From Candidatus Eiseniibacteriota bacterium (lineage in GTDB: Bacteria > Eisenbacteria > RBG-16-71-46), in the NCBI GenBank assembly GCA_041483195.1, contig JBGPFC010000001.1, positions 32,001-96,000 on the forward strand: a stretch of DNA of 64,000 nucleotides, given 5' to 3'. The first letter of the stretch is position 1; each line of letters opens with the position of its first letter. Below the pieces are notes generated by a model. That model was not told the DNA's origin. It saw nothing but the letters and a program-made list of their open reading frames with translations, and did not search any database. Of the stretch, positions 10,216 to 18,134 are shown in pieces. A program made the position numbers and the translations under genes.

Positions 10216-10575
10216 TCAGAAAACGAGCACCTGTTCGCTCGTCGCCGTCCACTCGGTGAGCTCGTCCATCGAGCCTCGGTGCGCGCCCTCGACCAGTTCT
10301 TCCGTCGCGATCCCGCGCGCGTCCATGCAGCTGCCGCAGACCCCGACTGCACCGCCGCGCTTCGTCACGGCGGAGAGCATGTGCTGCACGTTGTAGTAGC
10401 CGGCCGGAACCCGCTGGTTGGCCTTCGCGGCGGAGGCGCCATCACCCAGCAGGAACACCTTGACGCTGACGTTGTCCCGGCGGGCGAGCGACCCGGCGAG
10501 CCGAAGCCCGTTGTACACCCGCTCGCTGCCATAGGGAGCGTCGTTGAGTACGATCAGAAAGCTCGATGCGCTCAT
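10216..10575 (-). CDS. DsrE/YchN-family sulfur relay protein
   Basis: APYGSER..NGLRLA, FLLGDG and CGSCMDARG motifs. Confidence 0.9.
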   Translation of the reverse strand: MSASSFLIVLNDAPYGSERVYNGLRLAGSLARRDNVSVKVFLLGDGASAAKANQRVPAGYYNVQHMLSAVTKRGGAVGVCGSCMDARGIATEELVEGAHRGSMDELTEWTATSEQVLVF

Positions 10576-11253
10576 TCATGCACCTCGTGAAGGGCCCGAC
10601 TCGGTCGGGAGTCCGGCCCCCCGCCATTCGGGAAAGCCCTCGGCCAGCCGCCGCGCGCGAAAGCCCCGCGCCCGCAGCAACTCCACCGCGTGCACCGACA
10701 GCACACAATAGGGACCGCGGCAATACGCCACGATCTCCTTCCGCCTGGGCAGCTTGGCCAGACGTCGCTTGAGGTCTTTGAGCGGGACCGACACGGCCCC
10801 GCGGATATGTCCCGCCGCGTACTCCTCCGGCGGTCGGACATCGAGGATGAGCACGCTCTCCTCGCGCACACGCTTGACCAACTCGCGGCGGGAGACCGGC
10901 TCCAACTGCTCGGGAGAGATGAAGAAGGTGTGGATCAGGTCGTCGACCTCGTCGATCCGTGCTTTCGCCACGCGCCTGAGGATGTGGAGGAGATCGACGA
11001 CCTCGGGCCCGGCAAGCCGGTAGAAGACCCGCGTCCCCTGCCTACGCACGTCGACGAGACGAGCGGCTCGAAGTGCCTGGAGGTGGTGCGAGGTGTTTGC
11101 CGTGGGCAGCCGGGCTTCCGCCGCGAGCACGTCGACGCTGCGCTCACCCTGGGCGAGCAGCTCGAGCAGCTGAATCCGCTGGGCGCTCGAGACCGCCTTC
11201 CCAATGTGAGCGAAGTGCTCGAAGAGCCGCTGGGTAGCTTCCGTTCGATCCAT
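10576..11253 (-). CDS. ArsR/SmtB HTH-rhodanese fusion transcriptional regulator
   Basis: N-terminal ArsR HTH (LLELLAQGERSV..NTSHHLQAL) plus rhodanese domain (DVRPPEEYAAGHIRGA, YCRGPYC). Confidence 0.92.
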   Translation of the reverse strand: MDRTEATQRLFEHFAHIGKAVSSAQRIQLLELLAQGERSVDVLAAEARLPTANTSHHLQALRAARLVDVRRQGTRVFYRLAGPEVVDLLHILRRVAKARIDEVDDLIHTFFISPEQLEPVSRRELVKRVREESVLILDVRPPEEYAAGHIRGAVSVPLKDLKRRLAKLPRRKEIVAYCRGPYCVLSVHAVELLRARGFRARRLAEGFPEWRGAGLPTESGPSRGA

Positions 11254-11257
11254 GGCT

Positions 11258-12043
11258 CTACTCCGGCTTGAGCGCGGTCATCATGACGGCCTTGACCCCA
11301 TACGCTTCAGCTGAGTTCTGCGTCGACTCCTTGCGGAACCGAAACCGCGGGACGACCGCGGATCGGACACGCGTGAAACCGGACTCCTCGAGCAGCCGGA
11401 ACAGCTCTCCCTCCGGGAGAGCGCCGCCGATTCAGCTGGCCCAGAGTTTGGGATCGTTGACGATCGATTGGGAAAGCTGCTTGGCGCTCACGATGTCGGT
11501 GATCGAAATGCGACCGCCCGGCCGGAGCACGCGAAAGATCTCCTCGACGACCCGGCGCTTACGGAACGAGAGGTTGATCACTCCATTGGAGATGACGACA
11601 TCCACCGAGGCCGCGGGCACCGGGATGTCCTCCATGCGCCCGACCTTGCATTCCATCCGGGTCCCGTTCTCTGCCGCGTGCGCCTGGACCTTGAGGCACA
11701 TCGCGGGGTTGAGATCGACACCGATGACCCTGCCGCTTGGGCCAACGCTCCAGGAGGCGATGATCGCGTCGAGGCCAGCCCCGCTCCCGAGATCGAGCAC
11801 CGTCTCTCCCGGCTGCAGGTTGCTTCGCTCGTGCGGATTGCCGACGCCGGCGAACGAGTCGACGGCGCTCGCGGGCGCGCGATCGAGCCACTCTGGCGAG
11901 TAGCCGAACAATTCCGCCGCCTCGCGGCCGTGGAAGAAGTGGAAGGTGCCCTTCGGGTTGTCGGCGACTTCCTGATACATGCGGACGATCTCGTCCTTGA
12001 GCACCGCCTCCAGAGAGGCCTGCGCGTCGACGGAATCAGTCAT
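11258..12043 (-). CDS. ArsM-like SAM-dependent methyltransferase, predicted selenoprotein (UGA=Sec at 11432-11434), 261 aa
   Basis: VLDLGSGAGLD and DVVISNGVINL; in-frame TGA in LWAS*IGGAL, the ArsM WxxCxxGA position; frame stays open 57 more codons to a TAG 4 nt before the next ATG; GGGGGGAG RBS. Confidence 0.88.
11400..11431 (-). promoter_or_regulatory. Bacterial SECIS-like hairpin
   Basis: Just 3' of the UGA: GCTCTCCC-GGA-GGGAGAGC, an 8-bp stem extendable by GU pairs; apical loop starts with G 18 nt after the UGA. Confidence 0.75.
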
Positions 12044-12138
12044 GTCGTGACTCCCCCCGTTCGTGTCCACGAGATCGGCGTGAGATTCGCGCCGCGGCAT
12101 GGCGATCGAGCCCAGGCCGTTCGATCCCTGCTCCTCAA

Positions 12139-12162
12139 GTATTCAAACGTGTACTTGAATAC
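12139..12162. promoter_or_regulatory. Candidate ArsR-family operator, perfect 8-8-8 inverted repeat GTATTCAA-N8-TTGAATAC
   Basis: AT-rich palindrome ~95 nt upstream of the methyltransferase/ArsR operon. Confidence 0.7.
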
Positions 12163-12194
12163 CATGCGGACGACGGGTGAGTCAAGCGAGCCGG

Positions 12195-13403
12195 CTAGAA
12201 CATCGGGGTCGGCACGCGCCCCCACCCGGTGCCCGGACCCAGAGGATGGATGTCCAGCAGCACGAGGTTGTGGATGTCCACGTCCGCGAAGAACTGCGGC
12301 TCGCGGGTCGTGTTGATGCCGAAGAGTTGCGCGGGGGTATCGGCCGGCCCGGCGGAATCGATGCGCAGGAAGATCAGCCGGCGGACGACGTCCCCCGGGG
12401 GAGCATTCGGGGCCGACATGCCCGCCATGTCGTGGTGCATCATCGTGTGGCCGCCCTGCAGGTGCCGGAACGGGTGAAAGATCCAATCGGAGATCATCGC
12501 CAGCGTCTGGTGGTGCTGGTAGAGCCGCCACTGCGGCCCGATGTCTGCGATCATCCCCTGCATCACGTACTGCGGGGGCATGAGGTAGACGAGGATGGGC
12601 CCGGTCGTTTGCGAGAGGCGCGACTTCACTTCCGGCAGCTCGAGAACGTCGGCCATCCGGTGCTCGAGCATCATCGCGTCGCCCGGCAGGATGGTCATGG
12701 CCGTGACCCTTCCCTCCGACCACAGTGGCAATCGCGCGATCGTGAATGCGCGCAGGGCGAACGCGCTCCCGACGGCGACCGCGATCAGCAGGATGAAGCC
12801 GACCAGGGGCCGCAGCGCCGGGAAACCCGGCAGCGGCACGCGATCCACGGCCTGCTCCAGCGCGCGCGGGCAGAACCGGCCCGTCCGCTCCATGTAGTCG
12901 CGATACTGGTCGCCGAACTGGTTCAGCATCCGCCGCTCCTCGTCCATCGCCAGCAGGTAGTAGAGCCCGACCATGACGGTCCAGAGGACGACGGTGAGAA
13001 ATCGCGGCCACAGGATGGCCAGCCCGATTCCGGTGAGCGCGAGCGCGACGTATTGCGGATGGCGAATCCAGCGGTAGAGGCCGCCCAGCGCGGGGCCGCG
13101 ACGCAGGAACTGGTGGAAGTAGACCTGCGCCGCGCACGCGAGGAACACGACCGTTCCGCCCACGAAGAGCACCGAGCCCGCGACCCGGACGGCCTTGAGC
13201 ACGATCCCCGGGGGAAGCACCATGTGCGGCATGAAGAACGACGCGAGCCAGCGCGTTGCCGGCGAGTGGGCGAGGAAGAGCAGGAACGGGTTGAAGGCCG
13301 CGTAGAAGAACGCAGCGAACGGGCTGATCATGATCAGCACCTCGAGCGCGATGATGAAGTACAGGACGATGACGCCGCCGAACAGCGGGCGCGACTTGTT
13401 CAA
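12195..13403 (-). CDS. Isoprenylcysteine carboxylmethyltransferase/PEMT-like membrane protein with C-terminal soluble domain
   Basis: GLYRWIRHPQY and DEERRM..FGDQYRDY motifs, several TM helices, His/Met patch; TTG start after AAGGAGGAG. Confidence 0.75.
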   Translation of the reverse strand: MNKSRPLFGGVIVLYFIIALEVLIMISPFAAFFYAAFNPFLLFLAHSPATRWLASFFMPHMVLPPGIVLKAVRVAGSVLFVGGTVVFLACAAQVYFHQFLRRGPALGGLYRWIRHPQYVALALTGIGLAILWPRFLTVVLWTVMVGLYYLLAMDEERRMLNQFGDQYRDYMERTGRFCPRALEQAVDRVPLPGFPALRPLVGFILLIAVAVGSAFALRAFTIARLPLWSEGRVTAMTILPGDAMMLEHRMADVLELPEVKSRLSQTTGPILVYLMPPQYVMQGMIADIGPQWRLYQHHQTLAMISDWIFHPFRHLQGGHTMMHHDMAGMSAPNAPPGDVVRRLIFLRIDSAGPADTPAQLFGINTTREPQFFADVDIHNLVLLDIHPLGPGTGWGRVPTPMF

Positions 13404-13432
13404 GGATCTCCTCCTTCGGAACTGATCCGCTC

Positions 13433-13927
13433 CTACTTCGACTTTCTTCGCCGGCCGTTCTGGAGCCTCGCGAGCGCGTGCACGTGCCTGCGAATCGGGG
13501 CCTGCTGCCCCCAGCTTTCGAGCAACCGGGCAGGCCTGCCTCTCGGCGTGCGCGCGAGCCTCGCATCCCACTCCCCGAGCATCGTGCGCATCTGATCGCG
13601 CAGCAGCGCGAGGTCCCGGAGCTGGGCTTCGATGGATTCGAGCTTGGCGGCGGCCAGGGCTCGCACCTCGCGGCAGGGCGTTCCACCACGGTCCCTGATG
13701 CGCATGAGCCGCGCGAGCTCGTCGAGCGTGAATCCAACCGCGAGAGCGCGCTGTACGAGGTGGACGCGCCCGGGCGCCTGCGCGTCGTACTCGCGGTAGC
13801 CGTTCGGCGAGCGGCGCGACGCGAGCAGCCCCTTGCGCTCGTAGTGGCGCAGGGTGTCCTTGCTGAGCCCGGTCTTGCGGGCCAGCTCCCCCGCGCGCAA
13901 CGGACCGGGCGGTCCATCTTCGCTCAT
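13433..13927 (-). CDS. MerR-family transcriptional regulator
   Basis: LRAGELARKTG..DTLRHYERKGLL..NGYREY..GFTLDE..PCREV. Confidence 0.92.
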   Translation of the reverse strand: MSEDGPPGPLRAGELARKTGLSKDTLRHYERKGLLASRRSPNGYREYDAQAPGRVHLVQRALAVGFTLDELARLMRIRDRGGTPCREVRALAAAKLESIEAQLRDLALLRDQMRTMLGEWDARLARTPRGRPARLLESWGQQAPIRRHVHALARLQNGRRRKSK

Positions 13928-13934
13928 GGGCCGG

Positions 13935-13966
13935 ACTCTAGACCATGGAACTCATTCCATGGTCAA
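13935..13966 (-). promoter_or_regulatory. MerR-type promoter/operator: -35 TTGACC, 20-nt spacer, -10 TAGAGT, with perfect dyad GACCATGGAA-N4-TTCCATGGTC
   Basis: Long spacer with internal dyad is the MerR hallmark; ATG lies 7 nt after the -10. Confidence 0.85.
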
Positions 13967-13997
13967 GGGCTCAGATCCGCGCTGGCGCTGAGCTGAT

Positions 13998-15407
13998 CTA
14001 CCTGGCTACGACGAGCTTCTGTATCCGCGAGACGTCCCTTGCCTGCATCCGGACGAAGTACACGCCCGACTTCAGGGGGCGACCGTCCGAATCCCTGCCA
14101 TCCCACGCGAGCACATGCTCACCGGCTGACTCGGCCCGATCCTGCAGCCGGATCACTTCGCGCCCCGCGATGTCCACCACCGCCAATCGCGCACGGCCCG
14201 CGCCGGGCAGCGCGTAGCGCAACGTCGCGCCGGCGTACGTCGGATTGGGCTCGGGCGCGCGCAACTCGAAGCCGCGCGCCGGGGCGAGCGCCTGCTCCAC
14301 CGCGGTCACAGGCGCGGGCGTCAGCACCATGGCCCGAGTGAAGGTCGTACGGAGCGCATCGCCCACGATCTGGCCCGCGTCGTTGATCTCGTCGGCATAC
14401 GTGAGGACGTACCCGGTGCCCGGGGCGATCAGGGAGTTGAGATCCTGCGGCGGGCCGCTCGCCGAGAACAGCGTCGCGCGCGATGCGTCGCCGGGGAGCG
14501 TGGAGTACCCCACGATTTCACCCGACCCATTGATTCCGAGCGCCTAGCTGCTCAGTGCACCGTCGAGCATTCCCAGATCGGTTGCCGAAAGTCCCACCCA
14601 GAGAGTCGCCCGCGACTCGCTCCCCGACTTGGAATAGCCGACGACATCGCCCTGGTTGTCGACGCCGATCGCGTCGGATTCCGAGAATCCTGCCAGTGGT
14701 GGAAGCTCGTCGATACTCGTCCCATGCAGCCTGAACCCACGAATCTGCCCCAGCATGTTGGCTCCGTAGCCGCAAATCTCGGAGCCGTCGTTGGAGATTG
14801 CGCTGGCCACGCTGAAGTAGCCCCCCAGGTTGGGCAGGAACGCGCTCGACCCTTCGCTCCATTTCATGGCGTGCCCCGGGCTGCTGACACACTGGGGGTA
14901 GCCGCAACCGCTCGTGAGATTGGTCCAGCCCACGACCACTCCCGAGTCCGAGATGCTGTAACCGTACGAGTCGCCCGCACCGGCCGGCTTGGGAAGGTCG
15001 AGGAGAGCCCCGCCGGGCGCCTGATGGGCGGCCGTGGCGAATCCGTTGGACTGCGTCAGCCCGAAACCGCACAAGGCCCCGTCGCTGTTCACGTCGGTCG
15101 CGGCACTGAGGAGCGAAACCACGAGCGCGCCCTCGTCGGTCATGCCGCCGGAGCTGGTCCAGCGGAAGACATGGCCTGCCGAACCATCGGTGGCGGCCCA
15201 GCCGACCACCAATCCGGCATTGTTGATTCCGGTCGCTTCAGACGTGCCGGTCGTGTCGGTTCGTAGCGTGCCGAGAACAGTGAGGTCGTACGACGAGGCT
15301 TCTGCCCTCGCTGCCGACAAGGCAAGCAGGCATATCATCGGGCAAAGAACTCGGGTGGATTTGTTCGGAGCGGGCTGTGAACCCGGGCTCAAGCCTCGAG
15401 CGATCAT
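13998..15407 (-). pseudogene. Secreted HAF-repeat protein with FlgD-Ig/T9SS-like C-terminal domain, split by an in-frame TAG at 14544-14546
   Basis: Repeats SEATGINN, SAATDVNS, SVASAISN, S*ALGING; the two ORF halves share a frame; GAGGAGG RBS before 15407; tail WDGRD..GVYFVR..KLVVAR. Confidence 0.75.
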
Positions 15408-15583
15408 TGGGGGCGGCCTCCTCGTGGCGATGGCGCGAGTGACGCGGGTGACGATCATATCAGTGGTGCCCGCGGGCATTGATGAGAAAATGTCGGCGCC
15501 CTGGCCCAATCCGCTCGAGATCGAAGCGGAACACGTGCGGCGAAGGAGGAGCCAGGCGGCGCGCAAGTCGATGCGCTTGTGAA

Positions 15584-15643
15584 TCACTGCCCCGCGGCCC
15601 GCCCCGCCTGCGTCCCGCTCGACCACGCCCACTGGAAGTTGAA
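15584..15643 (-). repeat. Orphan copy of the 3' end of the HI0933-family gene (FNFQWAWSSGTQAGRAAGQ*), att-like
   Basis: 50/60 nt identical to 18135-18194; same start junction; stop conserved. Confidence 0.92.
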
Positions 15644-15902
15644 TGCTGGCCAAACTCCGAGACTACGTGTCGCAATCGGGCACAAGGTGCTGCTATCGGA
15701 GACCTTGACCGCAAGGGCGTGCGACCGATCGCGACCCACGATGGTCGTTGTTGCCCGATGGTTCTCGCACAATTCTGGCACAGCCCAAAGCTGCGTCCTC
15801 GGCCATCGGGGACTGCGCCCGGCTCGTCCTGCACCTAGAAGGATCTGCCCCGGCCGACCATGTGATGCAGAGTTCACGGTCGGTCCTGCGGCTCCTCCTC
15901 CC

Positions 15903-17999
15903 TCAGGGAGCTACCATGAGAACGTCTTGAATCTTGCGCACCCGGATACCAGAATCCGATCGCCTTCCTGTCCGGACATCGACAACGGCAAGCGCACCTT
16001 GTTCGAGGATCAGCACCCGATCGCGATCGAGCCAGCCGACGAACTCGGCATGCTCCGCGCGCCACAAGGTGGACGGGATCGGATCCAGGGCATCCACTTC
16101 CGCCACGGGAAGTTCGGCGAGACTCGCCTTGACCCGCCGCAGCTCGAGGCTATCCGGAGGCTCGTCGGCCGATGCATGCAGCGTTCCGTCACCACGGATC
16201 GTGAAACCGATCGCCCGCCGGTCGGGAGCGGGGGCGAGATTGTCGGTGAAGAAGCTCACGTCGCTGTGCTCGTTGTGATAGCGGGGCCACTCGTCGAAGA
16301 ACACGACTTGGACGCCTTGGCGGACGATCCACGACTGGTTGGAGTTCTCGTTCGACCACCCACAGCATGCGAAGTCTCCGATCGAACCGATCTGGGTCTC
16401 GCCTCGATCGAAGTAGAGCTGCGCTGAGCGCTCCCCTCTTGATCGCCAGCCCGCTTGAGTTCGGACGAACAGAGTGTTGGCGCCCTCGGCTTGCGCGACG
16501 GAGCCTTCGGATCGAGTCGCGCGTGGGACCATTCGATCAAGCACGAAGAAGCTGTCCACGACTCCGTTCGATGCCACGACCCCGGCCTCTTCGCACGGTT
16601 CGGTCAATGCGGCGACAGGGGACGGATTGTCCTCGCAGCGCTCGTAGGGCAGGTCGAAAATAGCGTGACGCGGCTTTAGGTCGAAGTCCGTCTCCTCGAA
16701 GCGTGCCGCGTTGTAGGCGCTGTCGACGTCCAGTGCGCCCTGCCAGGAGATCGTCGAGGTCTCCAGCAGGAACGCGCTGCTATCGGCGGCGCCCAGGTAC
16801 CACTTGCGATCGCATGAGCCGCGCAAGAGGTATGAAGCGTTGGGAGATCGTGTGCGCTGTCTCCAGCTCGCGCCGTCCCAGATCCACACGCTGTCCCGGG
16901 TGACGGGGATGAGCAGCTGTCCGCGCCGATTCACGAGAATTCGAGCCGGATCTACGAAGGCGAAGTCAGGTATTCCCACGCCGCCGAGGCGCTCGAGGGC
17001 GGCTGAGTACGCGACAAGGTGATTCGGCGCCTCCGCCACCCAGAGGCGAGCCTCGGTCGCTCGCGAGCCAACACCGACTTCATTGAACGAGTAGCCGACG
17101 CGCTGCAGAGTCGGCGGGGTCGCGTACCATTTGTGATTTCCGATCCGGACTCCGTACCGGAATAGGTGCGGCCTGAGGCCTCCGTCTGGTTCGGCTATGG
17201 CCTGACTAACAACGGAGACGATCACCACGCGCTTGTTCGGCCCGACACGGATGGTCGAGGGCTTGGTCGAAGCGGCCTTCGGGTAGAGCGCGAGCGGTTC
17301 CGGACCTGAGCGAGGTCGACCATCGCAAGCCTCAGGGCCGATCGCAGCGACCTCTCGCTCGATCAAGGCCCATTCGCGCACGCCCTGAGGAACTGCGGGT
17401 TCGAATTTGATCGCCCCGTTCCGGATACGTGGTTCCAGAGTCGCCGGGTACTCGATGCAGTCCACTCTCGAGGTCCCCTCGACGAATTGAGACTTCGAAG
17501 GATCCCAATCCAGAACCACCCAACCACTGCTGGCGATGGAATGCGGCGAAGCGAAATGGATGTACTGCCTTCTTTCGCAGGCGGCGGTTGACGCGCATGG
17601 CACCAGTTGTGCGGTCACGATCAGCATGAGACCGTCGCGCCATGGCGCGCTATCCACATGCAGGCGGGTGCATCGCAGGCCGAGGTTCGCGTCATACCAA
17701 GCGACTCCGCCCTGCGAGTTTGGAATCGAGATTCCCCGGTATTGACGGGGTTGCGCCTCGTCCTTCGCGCCTTCGCCACATGAGTCTCTGGTCCAAACGG
17801 CGCGAACGATCACCGAGTCCCCGCGGAACACGCCTCGCCAGATCGACCCGACCGCCTCTTCGGGCTCACCGGCCCAGCGCGTAGCGGAGGCAGGTGCGAT
17901 GAACGCCGACAGCGCAAGCAGACCGATCGCGACCCTCGTCCAGCGGACGAGTGGATCGAGAGAGGCGGATGAAGCGAATCGAAGTGGATCCACCCTCAC
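15903..17999 (-). CDS. Hypothetical exported protein (698 aa)
   Basis: Long ORF with signal-like N-terminus; less GC-biased codons than flanking core genes; no family recognised. Confidence 0.6.
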   Translation of the reverse strand: MRVDPLRFASSASLDPLVRWTRVAIGLLALSAFIAPASATRWAGEPEEAVGSIWRGVFRGDSVIVRAVWTRDSCGEGAKDEAQPRQYRGISIPNSQGGVAWYDANLGLRCTRLHVDSAPWRDGLMLIVTAQLVPCASTAACERRQYIHFASPHSIASSGWVVLDWDPSKSQFVEGTSRVDCIEYPATLEPRIRNGAIKFEPAVPQGVREWALIEREVAAIGPEACDGRPRSGPEPLALYPKAASTKPSTIRVGPNKRVVIVSVVSQAIAEPDGGLRPHLFRYGVRIGNHKWYATPPTLQRVGYSFNEVGVGSRATEARLWVAEAPNHLVAYSAALERLGGVGIPDFAFVDPARILVNRRGQLLIPVTRDSVWIWDGASWRQRTRSPNASYLLRGSCDRKWYLGAADSSAFLLETSTISWQGALDVDSAYNAARFEETDFDLKPRHAIFDLPYERCEDNPSPVAALTEPCEEAGVVASNGVVDSFFVLDRMVPRATRSEGSVAQAEGANTLFVRTQAGWRSRGERSAQLYFDRGETQIGSIGDFACCGWSNENSNQSWIVRQGVQVVFFDEWPRYHNEHSDVSFFTDNLAPAPDRRAIGFTIRGDGTLHASADEPPDSLELRRVKASLAELPVAEVDALDPIPSTLWRAEHAEFVGWLDRDRVLILEQGALAVVDVRTGRRSDSGIRVRKIQDVLMVAP

Positions 18000-18134
18000 A
18001 GTATCGTCCGCAGGCCCGCTCCAGCTGAGTGCGGTGCTCGGCCCGCTGGTCCCGCCCTCATTTGTGGCCGCACCTTCGCAGGCCGGCGGGAACAGGTTCT
18101 CGGACCCCGGTTCCCCATGGCTCGCGATCGCGCC

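Noticed and set aside
14544..14546. Pyrrolysine recoding of the TAG
   Set aside because: Non-catalytic, variable repeat position and no pyl genes in the window; nonsense mutation or error is simpler.
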